This document shows positions 1 to 10,044 of a DNA stretch of 64,000 nucleotides, piece by piece. Numbering within the stretch: position 1 is the stretch's first letter; each line of letters starts with the position of its first letter. The notes under the pieces were generated by a model. The model was not told where the DNA came from. It worked only from the letters and a program-made list of their open reading frames with translations, and did not search any database. Made by a program: the position numbers and the translations under genes. This stretch comes from Candidatus Heimdallarchaeota archaeon (GTDB lineage Archaea; Asgardarchaeota; Heimdallarchaeia; Hodarchaeales; Hodarchaeaceae): NCBI GenBank assembly GCA_020353515.1, contig CP070695.1, positions 4,657,414 to 4,721,413 on the forward strand, in the 5' to 3' direction.

Positions 1-1315
1 CCATCTTTTGAACGCATTTGGAAATTATATCGTTTCCAGCTCCAAATAGTAGTGGAATACGATTTGCAAAACGGTAAATCTTTGGATTGCCAGATTCACT
101 TGAAAGAATTGGGCCACCATAAGCCAAAGCTGCCTCAACTATGAATGGATGTCCTGAATATGCAGATATATCTCCTGCTGCAGCTCGGACGAACTGAGGA
201 TTCAATTCTTTCTCGATACCCTTTGCTAGTAGTTCCCAACCTAAAGGTGCTAATGAATCACCACTCGGCCTTCTGAATGGAAAATACTTCTGTTCCCGTC
301 GTTTTTTTGGTTCAGAATCAGGCATTACAAATCCTTCATGGATTATTCGTCTAATATCGCTTGCGGAAAGTGTGCTGGGAATCTTTTCATGACTTATTTT
401 GACAAAATCTAGGAAATCTTGTGCAGTTTTTGGGCCAATTCCTTGGAAATGGTCTTGAAGAAAAGCTTCCATATTTTCACTGCGTGTAACTGCCAGTTCT
501 CGTTTAAATTGAGTTATATCAGTTCCCCAAGGGTGAACTTTAGCTATTTGAGGGTACGGAGGCATCTCTTCAACAACGCGTTCCATAACTATTGGTTCAT
601 CACTATCAGGATATTGAATGTATAAGCTAGCATATGGCGTAATCATACCTAATTGGGAAAAATATTCTCTAACCCAACGAGAAGCAAGGTTCCATGACCC
701 AGTGAAGGTAACACTCACTTCTGTTCCTGAATTTGGGATTGCCTCTGTTGTTTCTTGAGGAATTTCTCTTTGAGTTAATATTATGGGTTCATTCTCAGCT
801 AAATTTATCATTAATTCGTGATAACTAGTAAAATCTTCATTGATATACTTTGATTTTATTATCAGAGGAAGGTCAACTGATGACATGGCGTTTAATAACA
901 CCATCTTTGCACCAAGACCAAATCTACCTCGTGATTGACGAGCCCCATAATTACTTCCAGTCAACACCCTACCAAACAAGGGAGGTACAAATTCATTTTG
1001 GACACCACTCCCATTATCACGAACAGTTAATCGGATAAAATCGACTTTCTCATCTGATTCAAAAGTGCTTATATTAAGTAATTTTGCGATTTCTTCTTTC
1101 TTTAATCGTTGAATTGTAACATGTATTTCAGGAAGATTTCCAATTCGCTCAGCTGCATCTAATCCGTTTTCTACTAATTCTCTCACACTAGTGAAAACAA
1201 CTCTCATTGTGTTATCGAAACCAGCAATAGCTTTGTTATCCTGGAAGAAATCGGCTGCAGATCTACGTACAACTTTCTCTTTAGCAACTTTTCCTCTTTT
1301 GGCAGCCTTTGTCAT
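1..1315 (-). CDS. top6B: DNA topoisomerase VI subunit B (3' end runs off the window)
   Basis: Translated by hand from ATG at 1315: MTKAAKRGKV...SAADFFQDNKAIAGFDN...RELVENGLDAAE...RDNGSGV...FGRVLTGSNYGARQSRGRFGLGAKM. These are the GHKL motifs typical of Top6B. Not in the ORF track because the stop lies outside the window. Confidence 0.93.
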   Translation of the reverse strand, partial: MTKAAKRGKVAKEKVVRRSAADFFQDNKAIAGFDNTMRVVFTSVRELVENGLDAAERIGNLPEIHVTIQRLKKEEIAKLLNISTFESDEKVDFIRLTVRDNGSGVQNEFVPPLFGRVLTGSNYGARQSRGRFGLGAKMVLLNAMSSVDLPLIIKSKYINEDFTSYHELMINLAENEPIILTQREIPQETTEAIPNSGTEVSVTFTGSWNLASRWVREYFSQLGMITPYASLYIQYPDSDEPIVMERVVEEMPPYPQIAKVHPWGTDITQFKRELAVTRSENMEAFLQDHFQGIGPKTAQDFLDFVKISHEKIPSTLSASDIRRIIHEGFVMPDSEPKKRREQKYFPFRRPSGDSLAPLGWELLAKGIEKELNPQFVRAAAGDISAYSGHPFIVEAALAYGGPILSSESGNPKIYRFANRIPLLFGAGNDIISKCVQKM

Positions 1316-1328
1316 ATTTTATTTCCAC

Positions 1329-3812
1329 CTATTCTTTTTTTCCTTCAGAAAGTATGGCAACTGATGTTAGAGTAACTCCTTTTGTTTTATCTAATCGCAT
1401 CAATGTGACTCCAGAAGTGGATCTCCCAATTGTCCTAATATCCTCTATTGGAATTTGAATCAGTTTTCCATCACTTGCGACTAACAATAAGTCGTCTGTA
1501 TCTGCAACACTTCTTACAGCGATAACGTCACCATTTCTTTCTTTTGTCTTTATATTAATAACACCTTTTCCATTTCGACGAGTGATTCGGTAGAGATCAA
1601 ACATAGTTCGCTTCCCATACCCTTTTTCACATACCGTTAACAGAGTTTTATTTTTATCAACAATTGCCATATCTACTACAGAATCTTCTGGTCTTAACTG
1701 TATTCCTAATACTCCGATACTACTTCGTCCGACAGCTCGTACTTCCCCTTCAGAAAACCTTATCGCTTTACCTTTTTGAGTTGCCAACATTACATCTTTT
1801 GTTCCATCGGTGACTTTCACACCAACAATCATATCTTCCTCACGAAGCTGAATGGCTATAATCCCTGTAGAGCGTATATTGGCATAATCCCCGAGGGGAG
1901 TCTTCTTAATTAGACCATTTTTAGTTGCTAAAACTAGAAAATGAGTTTCATCGAATTCTGAGACTGGGATCATCGTTTCAATTTCATCATCTTTCTCAAT
2001 TTTTATTAGATTCACAATATTAACCCCCTTTGTGACCCGTTGTTTCGATAATGGAATTTGATACCCACGAACCCTAAAGACTCTTCCTTTGATGGTAAAA
2101 AAGAGAATACTGTCATGTGTTGAAGCAATAATCATTTCTTTCAGAAAATCGTCTTTTCCAATCTCCATCGATTTGATCCCTTTCCCTCCTCTATGTTGGG
2201 CAGAATAAGCTTCAGCAGATATTGATTTAATATATCCGTTTTGAGTTAAAGTAACTACAACATCCTCTCGTGGAATGAAATCTTCTTCAGTTTTCCCAGT
2301 CCAATCAGAATCATCTCTTAAGATTTCTGTTCGTCGAACATCACCATATTTTCTTTTTATTTCCTCTAATTCATCAGTAATTATAGTAAAAACACGTTCT
2401 TCACTTGCTAGGATCGCTTTAAATTCTTGAATCGCCTTTAAAATCTCATTATATTCATTAATAATTTTTTGACGATCGAAACGGGTCAAACTCCTTAATG
2501 GAAGAGACAAGATATCTTTTGCTTGAATTTCTGAAAAGGAAAATTGGGCAATTAACGCTTTTTGCGCTTCTGCTCCTGTCTCGGCGCTTCTAATTAGTGA
2601 CAATATTTCATCAAGGTTTTCTACAACAATTTTTCTTCCTTCTAAAATATGAGCTCGTTCTTGAGCCTTTTTAAGCTCGAATTCTGTACGGCGAACAACA
2701 ATCTCATATCTATGATCAATGAATTGAGTTATCAATTCTTTTAAATTAAGATTTTTTGGCCTAAACCGAATCTCATTACCCACACGGGCGTCTATAAGCG
2801 CCATATTTTTTATAGAATAGGAAATTTGCATTGGAGTGTATTTAAACAAACGATTCAAGACCAAATCAAGGTTAGCTGCTTTCTTAAGATTAATGACTAT
2901 TCGTGTGCCGTGAATAATGTTTGATTCGTTTTTTACTTTACCAATTTCTGGAAGTTTACCAGAGTCTTTCATTCGTCCAATTATATCAACTAAACCTCGT
3001 TGTTCAACCGTATCTTGACGTTTAACTAAATAAGGAACTTCTGTAACTATTATCTGAGTCTTACTCTTTTTCTCCACAATTTCATATTTCGCTCTTAAAA
3101 TAACATTCCCATTACCAGTGTGGTATGCTCGTTTTATCCCAGATGTCCCAAAAATAACACCGCCCGTAGGAAAATCAGGTGCCGGAATATATTCCATCAA
3201 TTCATCAATGCTGATTTGTGGATTTTTAATAGTTGCAATCACCCCATCTAAGACTTCGGTCAGATTATGAGGGGGCATTGAGGTAGCCATCCCGACAGCA
3301 ATGCCCATTACTCCATTAATTAAAAGTTGAGGAATCTTGGCGGGGAGAATGACTGGTTCTTTGTCCAATCCATCAAAATTATCTTTAAAATCAACTGTAT
3401 CCTTTTCAATGTCTTTCAACATTTCTTCGGTAATTTTTTGCATCCGAGCTTCTGTATATCGCTGAGCTGCCGCTAATTGCCCATCCATGCTTCCAAAATT
3501 ACCCTGTCCTTCAATTAAGGGGTATCGTAGAGAAAATGGTTGAGCCATCCTTACTAAAGCATCATAAACAGCTGTTTCTCCATGAGGATGGTATTTTCCG
3601 TGTGTTTCGCCAATAGTTCGGGCACACTTTCTGGGAGGTTTATTGTGTGCTAACCCCAGATTGTGCATGGACCATAAGATACGACGATGGACAGGTTTAA
3701 GTCCATCTCGTACATGTGGAAGAGCTCTACTTGTAATTACTGACATAGAATACTCGAGGTAACTCTTAGACATCGTTCTTTCGATGGGGGTTAATTTAAT
3801 GTTACTACTCAT
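1329..3812 (-). CDS. gyrA: DNA gyrase subunit A
   Basis: SYLEYSMSVITSRALP..RDGLKPVHRR, GKYHPHG, catalytic AAQRYTEAR, GyrA-box QHRGGKG and C-terminal beta-pinwheel repeats. Confidence 0.97.
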   Translation of the reverse strand: MSSNIKLTPIERTMSKSYLEYSMSVITSRALPHVRDGLKPVHRRILWSMHNLGLAHNKPPRKCARTIGETHGKYHPHGETAVYDALVRMAQPFSLRYPLIEGQGNFGSMDGQLAAAQRYTEARMQKITEEMLKDIEKDTVDFKDNFDGLDKEPVILPAKIPQLLINGVMGIAVGMATSMPPHNLTEVLDGVIATIKNPQISIDELMEYIPAPDFPTGGVIFGTSGIKRAYHTGNGNVILRAKYEIVEKKSKTQIIVTEVPYLVKRQDTVEQRGLVDIIGRMKDSGKLPEIGKVKNESNIIHGTRIVINLKKAANLDLVLNRLFKYTPMQISYSIKNMALIDARVGNEIRFRPKNLNLKELITQFIDHRYEIVVRRTEFELKKAQERAHILEGRKIVVENLDEILSLIRSAETGAEAQKALIAQFSFSEIQAKDILSLPLRSLTRFDRQKIINEYNEILKAIQEFKAILASEERVFTIITDELEEIKRKYGDVRRTEILRDDSDWTGKTEEDFIPREDVVVTLTQNGYIKSISAEAYSAQHRGGKGIKSMEIGKDDFLKEMIIASTHDSILFFTIKGRVFRVRGYQIPLSKQRVTKGVNIVNLIKIEKDDEIETMIPVSEFDETHFLVLATKNGLIKKTPLGDYANIRSTGIIAIQLREEDMIVGVKVTDGTKDVMLATQKGKAIRFSEGEVRAVGRSSIGVLGIQLRPEDSVVDMAIVDKNKTLLTVCEKGYGKRTMFDLYRITRRNGKGVINIKTKERNGDVIAVRSVADTDDLLLVASDGKLIQIPIEDIRTIGRSTSGVTLMRLDKTKGVTLTSVAILSEGKKE

Positions 3813-3832
3813 TATCGTCCAACATTCCTTGC

Positions 3833-5806
3833 TTAAATATCTAAATTTTCAACTTCTAGGGCATGAGTTTCAATAAATTCACGACGGGGAGGCACATTAT
3901 CTCCCATCAAGGTGTTAAATATTTGTTCAGCTTCGATAATATTTACACGTGTAACTTGTAATAAGGTTCGATTATTAGGATCCATGACTGTTTTCTGCAA
4001 TTGGATTGGATTCATTTCTCCCAAACCTTTGAAACGACTAATTTCAACATTTTTCCCCCAATCATTGACAATCTTATCTTTTTCCTGATCAGAAAGGACA
4101 TAGAGTTCTTTATTCCCCTTCTTGATACGGTATAACGGAGGTTGAGCTATGAAAAGATATCCTTCATCAATTAATTCCGGCATATAACGAAAGAAAAATG
4201 TTAAGAGAAGACAGACAATGTGGTGTCCATCAATATCTGCATCCATTAGCAGAATAACTTTATGATATTTAACATTTTCAATTTGAAAATTTTCGCGATA
4301 ACCAGCTCCGATTGCTCTTATTATCTCAAGAATTTCCTTGTTGCGCATTGCTTTTTCTAATCTTGCCTTCTCGACATTTATCACTTTTCCCCTTAGAGGA
4401 AGAATCGCTTGATATTCACTGAATCGTCCCTCTATAGCAGTGCCTCCTGCAGAGTTACCTTCTACTAGGAATAGTTCACGCTTCGCAGGATCAGTTTCTG
4501 AGCAATCAACCAGTTTTCCTGTTCCTTTGGCTTGAGTCTTCTTAACAGCTTCACGAATTTGCCTAAATTTCATCCGAATAGTCGCTGCTTGTTCGCATTT
4601 ATCGATTATCTCTCTTGCACTGTCAGGATGCTCTTCGAAGAATTTCAAGATGTTTTCATAACTGCAACGCTCAACAATTCCCTTGACTTCACTGTTACCT
4701 AATTTACTCTTTGTTTGCCCTTCGAACTGAGGATTCATAACTTTTACAGAAACGACTGCGACTAATCCCTCTCTAACATCATTTCCTGTAAAAATTGATC
4801 GTTTCTCTTTCAATCCTTTCTTTAAATGAGTGTTTCGTATCAGATGTTCATTCTTCAAAACATACGAATTTATTGCTCTAGTTAAACCTGATTTAAATCC
4901 TGATAAATGCGTTCCCCCGTGTCTAGTATTAATATTATTCGTGAAAGTATGAATTAAATCTCGTTCTGACCGGTCATACGCTAAGGCTACTTCAACTTGA
5001 GTAGTTTCGATCGTTTCATCAAAATAGGGAATATCTTCATGAGAACGGTTTGGGGCTAACTGTTCGACATACGCCTGAATCCCACCATCGTAATGAAAAC
5101 TCCAAGTATTCTCCTTTTCCGTTTCTAGGCTCATCTCTGATTCCAACTCCTCTCTTGCTTTACGATTATCGATTAAAGTAATAGTTAGCCCTTTATTTAA
5201 AAAAGCAAGCTCACGAAGCCGATTTTTAATTGTTGGAATGTGGAAATGAACAGCTTCAAAGATCTCATGGTCAGGAATAAAGGTAATATGGGTTCCTCCT
5301 CTATCTTTCCAATCTTCTTTTACCTCAATTAATCCGTGAGAAATAGTTTCTCCTCTAACATATTCTTGCATTAAAATTACCCCCCCATTCCTTCTAACTT
5401 TGACTTGCATCCAGCTGGATAATGCATTTACTACAGCAATTCCAACACCGTGCAGGCCGCCACTCACTTTATATGAGGAATGATCAAATTTCCCTCCTGA
5501 ATGTAGTCGTGTTGTCACGAGTTCTAGGGATGACATATTATAATGAGGATGAGGTTCAGTCGGGATTCCTCGACCATTATCTTGAATTGTGACAGACTCA
5601 AAACCATGTTCTGTCTGTCCCAAAATGACGTTTATTCTATCACATACTCCAGCCATTGCCTCATCGATTGAATTATCTACGATCTCCCAGACAAGATGAT
5701 GAAGCCCATATTCATCAATACTTCCAATATACATTGCTGGGCGACGACGTACCGCTTCAAGTCCCTCTAGAACCTGTATACTACTCGCATCATATTCTCC
5801 AGACAA
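3833..5806 (-). CDS. gyrB: DNA gyrase subunit B
   Basis: YDASSIQVLEGLEAVRRRPAMYIG, EIVDNSIDE, SGGLHGVG, TOPRIM VEGNSAGG / PLRGK / DADIDG, RFKGLGEMN. Confidence 0.97.
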   Translation of the reverse strand: MSGEYDASSIQVLEGLEAVRRRPAMYIGSIDEYGLHHLVWEIVDNSIDEAMAGVCDRINVILGQTEHGFESVTIQDNGRGIPTEPHPHYNMSSLELVTTRLHSGGKFDHSSYKVSGGLHGVGIAVVNALSSWMQVKVRRNGGVILMQEYVRGETISHGLIEVKEDWKDRGGTHITFIPDHEIFEAVHFHIPTIKNRLRELAFLNKGLTITLIDNRKAREELESEMSLETEKENTWSFHYDGGIQAYVEQLAPNRSHEDIPYFDETIETTQVEVALAYDRSERDLIHTFTNNINTRHGGTHLSGFKSGLTRAINSYVLKNEHLIRNTHLKKGLKEKRSIFTGNDVREGLVAVVSVKVMNPQFEGQTKSKLGNSEVKGIVERCSYENILKFFEEHPDSAREIIDKCEQAATIRMKFRQIREAVKKTQAKGTGKLVDCSETDPAKRELFLVEGNSAGGTAIEGRFSEYQAILPLRGKVINVEKARLEKAMRNKEILEIIRAIGAGYRENFQIENVKYHKVILLMDADIDGHHIVCLLLTFFFRYMPELIDEGYLFIAQPPLYRIKKGNKELYVLSDQEKDKIVNDWGKNVEISRFKGLGEMNPIQLQKTVMDPNNRTLLQVTRVNIIEAEQIFNTLMGDNVPPRREFIETHALEVENLDI

Positions 5807-6057
5807 AATCTAACACCGAATACCCTATTTCAAGAAATTTCCAAAAAAACATCATTGTAAAGCAATAAAATAGAATTTCATTCAGTTAAAATTTCGACAA
5901 AATGACTTTTAAGTTTTTTCTAAAGAAATAACCTCTTTCAGACAATATTTGCTGATTTTTTTCGTATTCATTCATTATTAAATAATAGGAAACAGTTTAG
6001 AATTCATTTTCAAAACTTTAAATCAAAAAGGTGATAAAAATCTACGTATAATTCCTT

Positions 6058-6795
6058 TTAATTGCCTGAAATTAACCTGTCACATAGATATTCATGTAAG
6101 TTTGCCTCTAGGAGATCTTTACAAGTTCTTTTGATATCATAATCAAGACGAATGATTTCTGCTTCGATTTTTGTTGCATTTATCTCTGCTATGGCATAAC
6201 TCGCTTTAGGATTTCCGTCACGAGGTTGACCAACTGAACCAGGGTTGAGAACGACCTTTTTTCGATATTTATAGACAAAAGGTTGGTGTGTATGACCTAT
6301 AACGACAAGATCCCATTTTTTAAGCCATTTACCAAGTCGAACTTTTTGTTCAGGAGGTGGATTATCAAGCCAAAAAGGGAAGAGGAAGTAATCCCATTTA
6401 TCTTCAGGTGTTCCGTGTGCAAGTAGAACTTTTCTACCTTCTATAAAAATCTCCTTACTGACTGGTAAGGACTCTATATAATGGTAATATGTTGCTGCAT
6501 CAGCCTCTAACAGTTTTTCTCGTGTCCAAGTCAATGCTGCTGCTGCAATTGGATTGAACCACGACTTTTGTCTATTGAAGTTGTTATCTGTAACAACTTC
6601 ATCATGGTTCCCTTTGATAACATGTTCACATCGCCTTCTAATTATATCAATGCATTCTAACGGATGAGGATAATATCCCACAACATCCCCAGTACAACAT
6701 ATAGAATTAATATCATTTCTCTGATCAATATCTCGGAAAACTGTAGAAAGTGCCTCTAAATTTCCATGCATGTCAGATATATAGGCCACTTTCAC
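6058..6795 (-). CDS. Calcineurin-like metallophosphoesterase (YfcE/MPP family)
   Basis: Motifs DMHGN, GDVVGY, GNHD, HG, GHTH and NPGSVGQPRDG. Confidence 0.9.
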   Translation of the reverse strand: MKVAYISDMHGNLEALSTVFRDIDQRNDINSICCTGDVVGYYPHPLECIDIIRRRCEHVIKGNHDEVVTDNNFNRQKSWFNPIAAAALTWTREKLLEADAATYYHYIESLPVSKEIFIEGRKVLLAHGTPEDKWDYFLFPFWLDNPPPEQKVRLGKWLKKWDLVVIGHTHQPFVYKYRKKVVLNPGSVGQPRDGNPKASYAIAEINATKIEAEIIRLDYDIKRTCKDLLEANLHEYLCDRLISGN

Positions 6796-6826
6796 AATTC
6801 TAGACTCCCAGATTCTAGCTAGTGGT

Positions 6827-7234
6827 TTAGCTAGTCTGCTGTCTTAATGAGGTTTTTAATTCTTCATTTTGAGACTCAAGAATGTGAATTCGATCATCTT
6901 TAGCTTTCAATTGATCTTTAAGCTTATTACTATCGTCTTTAGCAAAATCAAGTTCCCGTTCAAGAGACACGATTTTATTTTCAGTAGTTTCCAATTTTTT
7001 CTCAAAATCTGTTTGTTGCTCTGAAAGGGTGTGCTCAAGAGTGGAGATTTTAGTTTTGAGATCATTATTCATCATTTTGATCTCTTCTATTTTGTCTTCT
7101 AATTCCTTCTTCTCCTTTAGTAACCGATTAACTTTAGTGGGAACCTCTTTTGCTATGTTTACAGCTTGTGTGAGATTCTGTTGAATTTCTGTTAATTGTT
7201 CATTCACTTCATTGAAAGAATTTGTCATGTGCAA
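6827..7234 (-). CDS. Coiled-coil hypothetical protein
   Basis: 135-aa ORF with heptad-like L/E/K/Q composition throughout; co-oriented with the phosphoesterase. Confidence 0.7.
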   Translation of the reverse strand: MHMTNSFNEVNEQLTEIQQNLTQAVNIAKEVPTKVNRLLKEKKELEDKIEEIKMMNNDLKTKISTLEHTLSEQQTDFEKKLETTENKIVSLERELDFAKDDSNKLKDQLKAKDDRIHILESQNEELKTSLRQQTS

Positions 7235-7546
7235 ACACCTTGTCTATAGAAGCTCGCAATCCATTTAAAGCATTTGTCTTTTTCATCCCCATTATTTTTT
7301 CTCCCAACTAACGAAATACGTATGAAAACTATAGTAATGTCATCTATGATCTAATTATGAAAGTTATGACTTGGATTTTGACGATTTTTACAGAAAGAAG
7401 CAAGATAAAACTCTTTTTCTGCTGTTAATTGGACATTTATAAAGGCTAAAGGAATTTAAACTCATCTCTGGCCTAAGTTTAGACTCGAATTACATATTAA
7501 AATGAATGATTTTCAAGTAAATATTGAATTAAAGAGAGCAATTATA

Positions 7547-7726
7547 ATGAAACTAATTTCATTTAAGGCACCCAATACATATCTGGAAGGGCTAGACGAG
7601 TTAGTCCGAGCTGGGGTATATAGTTCGCGATCTGAAGCCATCAGAATGGCCATTCGGGACTTACTCAAACGAGAACTGAACTGGAAGGCTGGCAGTTCTC
7701 CTGCGTCTCTGGCGGAAGTTGAGTAA
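7547..7726 (+). CDS. Ribbon-helix-helix transcription regulator (CopG/Arc/MetJ type, CdrS-like)
   Basis: MKLISFKAP..YLEGLDELVRAGVYSSRSEAIRMAIRDLL fits the COG3609 RHH pattern. ATG 7547 is preferred over 7502. Confidence 0.85.
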   Translation: MKLISFKAPNTYLEGLDELVRAGVYSSRSEAIRMAIRDLLKRELNWKAGSSPASLAEVE

Positions 7727-7995
7727 AACTAAACGAGTAGGATAGACAACACTGACCTCGTCGTGGCTTTATTTTTTCTTGTTTTTCACATTGAATTTCT
7801 TCAAAAACCGAACCTGACGATTGATCAAATTATTATTAGGAACCAATACCTCATATTTTTATCAATATTGTTGAGTCTTTCAGGAAAACTTTTTTCTTTT
7901 TATTACTTAATAGATAAATAATCTCATTTATAGTTGGTCAAGGTAAATTTTACTCAGTTAAAAAGTCATTATAAGCTAAATTTTGGTGACAATTA

Positions 7996-9321
7996 TTGAA
8001 TCAAACCTCTGAACCAAAAAAAGGCAAGAAAGACAAGAAAAAGAAAAAAGACAAGCCAAAAGGCACAAAAAGAACTTTCAGAGATAATATGCGTCAATTG
8101 AAGTTTAATTTAACAACAATTAGGGCAAATACCAAGCTTGTTTTACGACTTGTCTGGCGAGAAATTAAATATTATATCCCCCTTCAAGATTTATTCCTTC
8201 TATTCTTCTGGATCGGCCTTATCATTGGACTTATCCTTATTCTTATAATTTGGGGTGCTCCCCTTGTCCTTGGGATCATTCCTGGAGACCCTTGGAATGC
8301 ATGGGGAGGATCCGCTTGGGCTGGATTATTTCAGGCTAGCGAACCAGATGTTGATGGTCTCCATCTAAGTTTAATGAGAGGAATTTTTAATGAGACGACC
8401 GTCCGATATGGTGCTGGTATCATCGGAACTATTACCATACTCGTTCGAGCAATGATTAAATCTCCTATTGCTAAGTACCGAGACAAAGTCAATACACGGA
8501 AAGGGGTAACTTATGTCTTTGGTACTTCAAGGCCAGCTGAACAGTTTTTATTCGAGATGATTTCGCAATTCGGGTATGAAGAAAGAGTATCCTTGATTGC
8601 TGATGTGGATCTCCTCTGGATACGTAGTTTGATGGGAATTGACATTTATGTCGTTGAAAATCAATTAGAATTTGCTAAACCAAATCTTTATGATATTATT
8701 GGGTTTAAAAACGCCAGTCGTGTCATGATTCTTACTGAAAGCATAGAGTTGAATCAGAATATTTTGACAAACATCCGACGTGTTCGTCCTGATGTTGAAA
8801 TCATCCTTCTTTCTCAATATGCACCTGCTTTCGTTTTTAGCGATCTTGTCCAGGATGAAAATCTTATAATCCTTGAAGATCTAGATGCAACTATTCAAGG
8901 TTTAGTTCATTCACTAAGTCTAGATTTCGATTACCCACCAACTGTTGAGATTGATGTCCCACGAACTTATATTGGCTCTACAGGAGTAGCAATGAGTTCT
9001 GATCTGTTTAAGCAAGTAGTTTTACTCATCCGTAGAGGAAAGGAACTTTTGTCTCCAACAGAAGAACTCAAACTTGGAGATCGTGTGGTCATTTATTTCT
9101 TCTCAAATTACTATATGAAACTCACTAATAGAGTGGTCACTGAGCTCCCACTACTTCCTAAGAAGAAGAAAGAAAAGAAAAGTAAAAAAAAGAAGAAAAA
9201 GAAAGAAATTCAGGAAATAGAATTTACAGGAGAAGAGACCGTGATACCAACAATCGATATTCCAGTAGTGGGAGACTCTATGATCTATGATTCAAAACGT
9301 CCTGATGATGAGGTGGATTAA
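7996..9321 (+). CDS. Membrane protein with RCK/TrkA-like cytoplasmic domain
   Basis: N-terminal hydrophobic segments, then a degenerate Rossmann-like region (YVFGTSRPA...IGFKNASRVMIL) and a TrkA_C-like LLIRRGKELLSPTEELKLGDRV; poly-Lys tracts at both ends. Confidence 0.6.
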   Translation: MNQTSEPKKGKKDKKKKKDKPKGTKRTFRDNMRQLKFNLTTIRANTKLVLRLVWREIKYYIPLQDLFLLFFWIGLIIGLILILIIWGAPLVLGIIPGDPWNAWGGSAWAGLFQASEPDVDGLHLSLMRGIFNETTVRYGAGIIGTITILVRAMIKSPIAKYRDKVNTRKGVTYVFGTSRPAEQFLFEMISQFGYEERVSLIADVDLLWIRSLMGIDIYVVENQLEFAKPNLYDIIGFKNASRVMILTESIELNQNILTNIRRVRPDVEIILLSQYAPAFVFSDLVQDENLIILEDLDATIQGLVHSLSLDFDYPPTVEIDVPRTYIGSTGVAMSSDLFKQVVLLIRRGKELLSPTEELKLGDRVVIYFFSNYYMKLTNRVVTELPLLPKKKKEKKSKKKKKKKEIQEIEFTGEETVIPTIDIPVVGDSMIYDSKRPDDEVD

Positions 9322-10032
9322 ATGTCATTCTTTAGAAGAAGGCGAGTTAGGAAATTCGCAGAGAAAGCAGTAGAACAACAAAACTCGATCTTTGTATTTG
9401 GAAGTAACATATTTGCCGAAGCTTTCATTGACCGATTAATCCAGATTGGTGCTCATAGTAAAGTAGCACTAATTTCGGACAAGAAATTAGCTTGGATAGA
9501 GGAAGTAAAAGAAGAAGTAAATGTTTTATATGAAAGTCAACAAGAGGAGTATGCAAAGAGAAACTTATATGAAACAATTGGCTTTCAGTATGCGGAAAAA
9601 GTCATCATACTCCATGAAGATCCTGTAATAATTCAGAATATCATGGCATTTATTTCAAATGACGAGTTAAAAGTTATTCTGTTGAAACAATTTGCTCCTC
9701 CTTTTGTGCAATATCTATCTGGACAAAAGCAAGGACAAATCATCATTGTTGATAATTTAAATCAAATTGTTAATGAATTATATCAACAGATGAACCTACA
9801 ACTAGTTAAACCACCAGTTATTTCCATCCCTGTTCCTAAAAGCAGAATAAACAAACCCATTGACGACCTTAAAATTCCAGGTGTTCGTATTCTAAATATT
9901 TTAAGGGAGGATTCCAAAAAAAGAATTTTCCCTCTAGATCAACCCACTCAAGAAAATGATCGCTTATTATTATATCTAGAGGATTCAGAGAACTCATTGA
10001 AAAGCTTAGTGGATTATCTAACGCAATTCTAG
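9322..10032 (+). CDS. Soluble RCK/TrkA-like protein, paralog of the upstream cytoplasmic domain
   Basis: IFVFGSN, KVALISD, LYETIGFQYAEKVIIL, ILLKQFAPPFV and ENDRLLLY align by eye with the upstream gene; starts immediately after its stop. Confidence 0.6.
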   Translation: MSFFRRRRVRKFAEKAVEQQNSIFVFGSNIFAEAFIDRLIQIGAHSKVALISDKKLAWIEEVKEEVNVLYESQQEEYAKRNLYETIGFQYAEKVIILHEDPVIIQNIMAFISNDELKVILLKQFAPPFVQYLSGQKQGQIIIVDNLNQIVNELYQQMNLQLVKPPVISIPVPKSRINKPIDDLKIPGVRILNILREDSKKRIFPLDQPTQENDRLLLYLEDSENSLKSLVDYLTQF

Positions 10033-10044
10033 TGTTATAGAAGC

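Noticed and set aside
419-1038. Plus-strand ORFs 419-625 and 850-1038
   Set aside because: They are antisense shadows of top6B, which occupies the minus strand.
9160-9210. A-rich tract as a repeat or slippage site
   Set aside because: It encodes an in-frame poly-Lys stretch with mixed AAA/AAG codons and the ORF is intact.
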